Assembly: GCA_963663385.2 (NCBI GenBank)
Contig: CAXXXD010000001.1
Location: 192,001 to 256,000, forward strand
DNA: 64,000 nt
Reading direction: 5' to 3'
Source: Oceanispirochaeta sp.
GTDB taxonomy: Bacteria; Spirochaetota; Spirochaetia; DSM-2461
Positions 59,512 to 64,000 of this stretch are shown here, in pieces. How positions within the stretch are numbered: the first letter of the stretch is position 1; each line of letters starts with the position of its first letter. The translations under genes and the position numbers were made by a program. The notes beneath the pieces are model-generated. The model was not told the DNA's origin and ran no database searches. It saw only the letters and a list, made by a program, of their open reading frames with translations.

Positions 59512-59540
59512 ATTATTTACACTTTTTGCAATTGTGTCAA
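59512..59540 (-). promoter_or_regulatory. fab cluster promoter with overlapping inverted repeat
   Basis: Minus strand TTGACA-17-AATAAT, 6 nt before ATG 59505. TTGACAC-N11-GTGTAAA inverted repeat. Confidence 0.6.
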
Positions 59541-59542
59541 TA

Positions 59543-60169
59543 TTAACACCCGGTCAGTTCCCTCTCCCTGTTCTTCTGCAGTTTCAGCTCGATTTCTTTC
59601 AGCAGATTTGATGTCTTATATATAACAATAGTATGAAATCCTTCAGCTTCTGCCGAATCTGTATTTTTCACCGTATCGTCCAGAAAGAGAGCTCTTTCTG
59701 GAGAGAAGCCCATATTCTTACATAACAGGCGATAGATGGCAGGGTCCGGCTTCACAAGCCGGCAGTGAGCGGAACAGACGCCTCCCTTGAAAAGACGGAA
59801 CCAGGAGTAGTGATCCAGAGCATATTGAAAAGCTCCGGCATGATAGTTGGTCAGATAGAAAAGAGAGAGATCCCGTTCGGCCAGTTTCTGCAGAACCTCA
59901 ACATTTTCAGGAATCGGTGTAAGCATTCCGAAATACCCTGCCAGACAATCCTTTATAAGTGATGCTTTATCCGGGAAGTCACGGCATAGGCGCTCTTCCA
60001 CCTCATCCAGTGTTTTCGTCCCCAGATCCAGGGCCTCCCAAAGAGGGGAGAGGCAGAACTCCTTATACAGAAACAGCCCGTCTTTTTCCCCATATGTATC
60101 ATGCAACCACCTTTCAGGTTCAAAATTAATCAGTACATTTCCCAGGTCAAATACAATATTTTCAATCAT
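59543..60169 (-). CDS. HAD-family phosphatase (YihX-like)
   Basis: FDLGNVL, LTN, KPDPAIY, FLDD. Confidence 0.9.
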   Translation of the reverse strand: MIENIVFDLGNVLINFEPERWLHDTYGEKDGLFLYKEFCLSPLWEALDLGTKTLDEVEERLCRDFPDKASLIKDCLAGYFGMLTPIPENVEVLQKLAERDLSLFYLTNYHAGAFQYALDHYSWFRLFKGGVCSAHCRLVKPDPAIYRLLCKNMGFSPERALFLDDTVKNTDSAEAEGFHTIVIYKTSNLLKEIELKLQKNRERELTGC

Positions 60170-60406
60170 CTGTTTTACCCCTATAATTATATATGTCAGA
60201 ACAGGCAAGGATGCTGCAAAACGGCAGACAGGTAAACAATTTTACATCAATCAACAAGAACAGCGAACCCGTATTGCTGAATGATTTTAAAAATAAAAAA
60301 GGTTACACGTCTGTTTCGGAAAGACCTATCCGGAGAAGAGAGACGTCCCTTGCTCAATCGAGGGGCATACTGTATTTTATTTATTAAACTGAGAACAGGA
60401 TGAAAA

Positions 60407-61273
60407 ATGACATTATTTATTATGATGATAGGGATGATCGCATCCGGATTTTCCCCCATTTTTGTAAAACTCGGGACTATGGATCCCTTTATTCTTGCAT
60501 CATACAGACAACTCCTGGCGGCGTTTCTGCTCATCCCGCTCTTCATCCGGGACATGAAACAGAACAACCGGCCCTTCCATATCAGACAGGTGACCCCCTC
60601 TATTCTGCCCGGACTCCTGCTGGGGTTGCATTTTATCCTCTGGATTACAGGCGCCCGACTTATACCGGGAGGACACTCTTCCGTCATTGTGACAATGGGG
60701 CCTGTCTTTATGCCTTTTGTCATGTTTCTCATGCTGCGGGAAAAGATTACAAAGGTAGAGTTAACAGGCAGCGTACTGGCTCTGTCGGGAGTGTTTTTTC
60801 TTGGTACAAAAGACAGTGAATTCGCCTCCCAGTATATAAAAGGGGACATTCTTGTGTTTCTGGCAATGATTCTGGTGACCCTCTATCTGGCATTCGCCCG
60901 GAAAAACCGGAAAAACTCACTGCTGTGGTTTTACATGGTTCCCCTTTACGTAACGGGAGGGCTGCTCTGTTTTATTATCGGCATGATTACTGGAGCAGAC
61001 CTTTTACCGCATTCTCCAGGAGACTGGCAGTCCATACTGGGTTTGGCTGTTGTCAGTACAATAATTGGGCACTCCATCAATAATTACGGAATGAGAAAAC
61101 TGAGAGGACAGATAGTATCCCTCCTGAACCTGACCCAGATTATTTTTGCAACCCTGCTTTCATTTCTTTTTCTGGGGGAAATCCCTCCCGTATATTTTTA
61201 CCCTGCAGCAATGGTCATCCTGTCAGGTCCTCTGCTCGTTATCCTGATGGATAAACCGGAGAAGAGAACATGA
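60407..61273 (+). CDS. DMT/EamA-family permease
   Basis: About 10 TM segments in two EamA repeats. LGLHFILW, TIIGHS, FLGE.P. Confidence 0.9.
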   Translation: MTLFIMMIGMIASGFSPIFVKLGTMDPFILASYRQLLAAFLLIPLFIRDMKQNNRPFHIRQVTPSILPGLLLGLHFILWITGARLIPGGHSSVIVTMGPVFMPFVMFLMLREKITKVELTGSVLALSGVFFLGTKDSEFASQYIKGDILVFLAMILVTLYLAFARKNRKNSLLWFYMVPLYVTGGLLCFIIGMITGADLLPHSPGDWQSILGLAVVSTIIGHSINNYGMRKLRGQIVSLLNLTQIIFATLLSFLFLGEIPPVYFYPAAMVILSGPLLVILMDKPEKRT

Positions 61274-62574
61274 AATTCCCCGGGCATCTGTCTTTGGATG
61301 AAAACTGGTATAAACTCGATAATGCGGGGAAGATCTACCCGGCCATCCTGTCATCCAGGATAACCAGTCTCTTCAGAATAAGTGCAACCCTGAAAGAACC
61401 GGTCAACCTTGACCTTCTGGAGAAAGCAAACAACAGGGTGATAAAGCGATTCCCCTATTTCCAGGTATCCCTGAAACCCGGATTATTCTGGTACTTCCTG
61501 GAAACAAACTCCCGTCTCCCGAAGATTGAAGGAGACTCTCTCTACCCGTGCATGAAGATGCCTATCAAGAAATCCAGGATGTTTCTCTTCCGGGTTAGGA
61601 CTTACAAAAGCAGGATTGCTGTAGAGTTCTCCCATATCCTGACAGATGCCACAGGAGCGTCAATCTATCTGAAGACCCTTCTGGCCGAATACCTGCGTCT
61701 GAAAGGGATCTCCATACCGGCCGATCCCCAAAAGGGTGTATTTTCATTGGATGAAGCCCCTCAGGAAGAAGAAAAAGAGGATGCCTTCCGTAAATACTTC
61801 ACCCCCGGGCTGCCCCTTCCGGCAGGAGGTGTAAAAGCCTACCACCTGAAATGGAAACTGATCCCCAGGGATCACTACTACCTGATGACCGGGATCGTTC
61901 CAGTCAGCAGGGTAAAAGAACGGGCCCGGGAACTTAATGTCAGCCTGGGGGAATTCCTGATAGCCCTCCTGATCCATAGTTTTCAGTTATACATAAACAA
62001 CCAGCCTCCGGGTAAAAAAAGAAAGAAGCCGATCCGCATGAACGTTCCCGTTAACCTGCGGAACCTGTATCCGTCATCCACAGTGAGGAACTTTTTTCTT
62101 TCCGTTGAACCCTGGATCGATCCCAGACTGGGGAATTATACCCTTGAAGAGATAGCCGCCAAGGTTCACCACTATATGCGTTACGAAGTTGACAGGAAAT
62201 TCCTGAACCAGCAGATAACCCGTAATGTCAGGGGCGAACTGAAAATAGTAAACAGGCTGCTCCCGCTCTGCCTGAAAAATATCATCCTGCCCGGCATCTA
62301 CCGGTTTATGGGAGAGAACAACTATACCAGCGGATTGAGCAATATGGGACGGATTTCTCTCCCGAAAGAGATGGAGCCCCATGTAGAAAAATTCGAGTTC
62401 TTCCCGCCGCCCAGCGCCGGCAATAAAATAAAATGCACCGCTCTCTCCTGGCAGGAGAATTTATATATTTCATTTGGGAGCCTGGTTCAGGAAACAGAAA
62501 TTGAAAGGATCTTTTATACATCTCTCAGAAAACAGGGGATCCCTGTAAAAATTGAAAGTAACAGATTCTATTAA
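61270..62574 (+). CDS. CoA-dependent acyltransferase (alcohol acetyltransferase/condensation-like)
   Basis: WYKLDNAGKIYP, HxxxD (HILTD), PVNLR..YPS.TVRNF, SNMG. Confidence 0.8.
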   Translation: MKFPGHLSLDENWYKLDNAGKIYPAILSSRITSLFRISATLKEPVNLDLLEKANNRVIKRFPYFQVSLKPGLFWYFLETNSRLPKIEGDSLYPCMKMPIKKSRMFLFRVRTYKSRIAVEFSHILTDATGASIYLKTLLAEYLRLKGISIPADPQKGVFSLDEAPQEEEKEDAFRKYFTPGLPLPAGGVKAYHLKWKLIPRDHYYLMTGIVPVSRVKERARELNVSLGEFLIALLIHSFQLYINNQPPGKKRKKPIRMNVPVNLRNLYPSSTVRNFFLSVEPWIDPRLGNYTLEEIAAKVHHYMRYEVDRKFLNQQITRNVRGELKIVNRLLPLCLKNIILPGIYRFMGENNYTSGLSNMGRISLPKEMEPHVEKFEFFPPPSAGNKIKCTALSWQENLYISFGSLVQETEIERIFYTSLRKQGIPVKIESNRFY

Positions 62575-62588
62575 GAGAGGAAAGAAAT

Positions 62589-63302
62589 ATGCCATATTGT
62601 ACCCGATGCGGAGTGGAAGTTAACGAAGAAGCAAAGAAATGCCCCCTCTGTAACTCGCCGATACAGCAGTTCAATAAAGATCCGGCGCCTGGCAGAGAGT
62701 ACCCGGTAGATGCTCTCAATTCCGCTACACCCAGTTTGACGCCAAAAGAAAGGATATGCATATCCGTTTTCATGACAAGTTTTGGAATTATGATCCCTCT
62801 GTTAATAACGCTGGCGGTGGATATTACCGTCAACAGAAGGATTACCTGGTCTGTCTATCCCCTGATCGGGCTTACCTCCAGCTGGCTCCTGACCATCCTC
62901 CCTCTGATTAAACAGAAGAATAGCACAACTATAATCTGGGGAGAGTGTTTCATCCTCTGTGCTACCTTCGCCGTATTAAGCGCTTTCACCCCTACATCTG
63001 TCAGGGTAATGAATCTGGGCAGTCCCATCGTTTTTTTTGGTGCCCTGGTTACTCAGGGAATCGTCTTTATCTCATCCAGAACAACCAGAAAAGGCAGCAA
63101 CACAGCAGGATTTATCCTGATCGGGATTGGAGTCTTCTGCGGCCTCACAGATATTCTGTTGTCATTCAGTCTTTCAAACAGTTTTCGTATGAGCTGGTCT
63201 CTTATTGTTCTGGCGGCACTTGCACCGGTTAGCGGGATGCTCCTCTACCTCCATTACAGAAAAAAGAAAAGAAACAGCCTGTCCCGGTATTTTCATATTT
63301 AG
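62589..63302 (+). CDS. Zinc-ribbon membrane protein (DUF6320-like)
   Basis: CTRC...CPLC N-terminus, about 6 TM segments, C-terminal RYFHI. Confidence 0.75.
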   Translation: MPYCTRCGVEVNEEAKKCPLCNSPIQQFNKDPAPGREYPVDALNSATPSLTPKERICISVFMTSFGIMIPLLITLAVDITVNRRITWSVYPLIGLTSSWLLTILPLIKQKNSTTIIWGECFILCATFAVLSAFTPTSVRVMNLGSPIVFFGALVTQGIVFISSRTTRKGSNTAGFILIGIGVFCGLTDILLSFSLSNSFRMSWSLIVLAALAPVSGMLLYLHYRKKKRNSLSRYFHI

Positions 63303-63307
63303 AGAGT

Positions 63308-64000
63308 TTATTCTTCAGAGAGATCTGCTGAAAAAGTCCGCTTCTTCTCTATATCCGAACTGATCTTTGCTATATCCTTCTTCAGAACCTTAATCTCCTG
63401 CCGCCTTGCCTGTATTTCTTCTTCCAGCGTATCAATCTTCTGAGTCATGTACGTTTTATCGTTTTCCAGCCGGTCAATATCCTTCCGGGCATCCCACTTC
63501 TCAATCTCAAGATTCAAAGCCACTCCGGCTTCCGTTAAGGCATCAATCCTCTCTATGGCATCAATCACTTCGGGCAGTCTGGAGAGGTTTTCCGATATAT
63601 TCCCGCAAACCCCTTCTCCCCATTTGATAAGGGAATCCTTCAACAGATCCTTTTCCCTGAGGATTTCCTTTGCAAGAGCTTCTTTTCTTTTCTTTGGCCC
63701 CTTACCTTCACATAGCTCCTTCAAATGATCTTTGCTGAGGCGTTTCCTGTTTTCGAGACTCTCTTCTTCCTGAACCAGGGCTTTCCACTCCTCATCAGCC
63801 CGAAACCAGGGGATAAGGAGTTTGCCATCCGGGGTATCCTCACCGTTTTTACCGGCCCCCAGTATCAGGGCATCGGAAAAACTCTTTTTATACAACTTCG
63901 AAACAGATGTTTCCATTGATTTTTTCCTGCTTTTCAGCAGGGAGAGCTTGCTTTTGGCAACCATATTATTAAAAAGGCTCTTTTTATTCACCTGATTTTC
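63308..64000 (-). CDS. Coiled-coil hypothetical protein, 5' end probably beyond the window
   Basis: Frame stays open upstream of the GTG at 63991 to the window edge. Heptad-rich C-terminus. Confidence 0.65.
   Translation of the reverse strand, partial: ENQVNKKSLFNNMVAKSKLSLLKSRKKSMETSVSKLYKKSFSDALILGAGKNGEDTPDGKLLIPWFRADEEWKALVQEEESLENRKRLSKDHLKELCEGKGPKKRKEALAKEILREKDLLKDSLIKWGEGVCGNISENLSRLPEVIDAIERIDALTEAGVALNLEIEKWDARKDIDRLENDKTYMTQKIDTLEEEIQARRQEIKVLKKDIAKISSDIEKKRTFSADLSEE

Overview
A 64-kb bacterial chromosomal window of mostly core and housekeeping genes. The lineage is most likely a free-living spirochete (Spirochaetaceae), inferred from gene content: tig-clpP-clpX-lon behind a tRNA cluster, a FabV-type fab cluster, BMP/Nup nucleoside ABC, and lipoprotein styles. 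In order, it holds: two paralogous surface lipoproteins flanking a GT-B-like gene (the first is truncated by the window edge and absent from the ORF track); sufS and sufU separated by a divergent HisKA_2 kinase/receiver pair; a metallophosphoesterase-GmhB-like HAD fusion; ygfA; an extended RarA; five tRNAs (His, Arg, Lys, Leu, Gly); tig-clpP-clpX-lon; a DHH phosphoesterase; an AT-rich AraC/serine-hydrolase/beta-barrel islet; a double-TetR-TolC-MFP-RND efflux operon; a GldA/F/G-DUF4340-like ABC system; argA-tatD-sppA; a purine/nucleoside salvage cluster; fabH-D-G-F-Z-V; and a DMT/acyltransferase/zinc-ribbon operon. I see no transposase, integrase, reverse transcriptase, CRISPR array or rRNA. 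The best second-look items are: the mosaic lipoprotein-glycosyltransferase-lipoprotein locus; a duplicated tRNA-Gly 3' end inside a small structured element; dispersed, partly nested REP-like palindromes; several apparently leaderless genes; two clear operator palindromes; and three unusual domain fusions. No clearly new system is proven from sequence alone.
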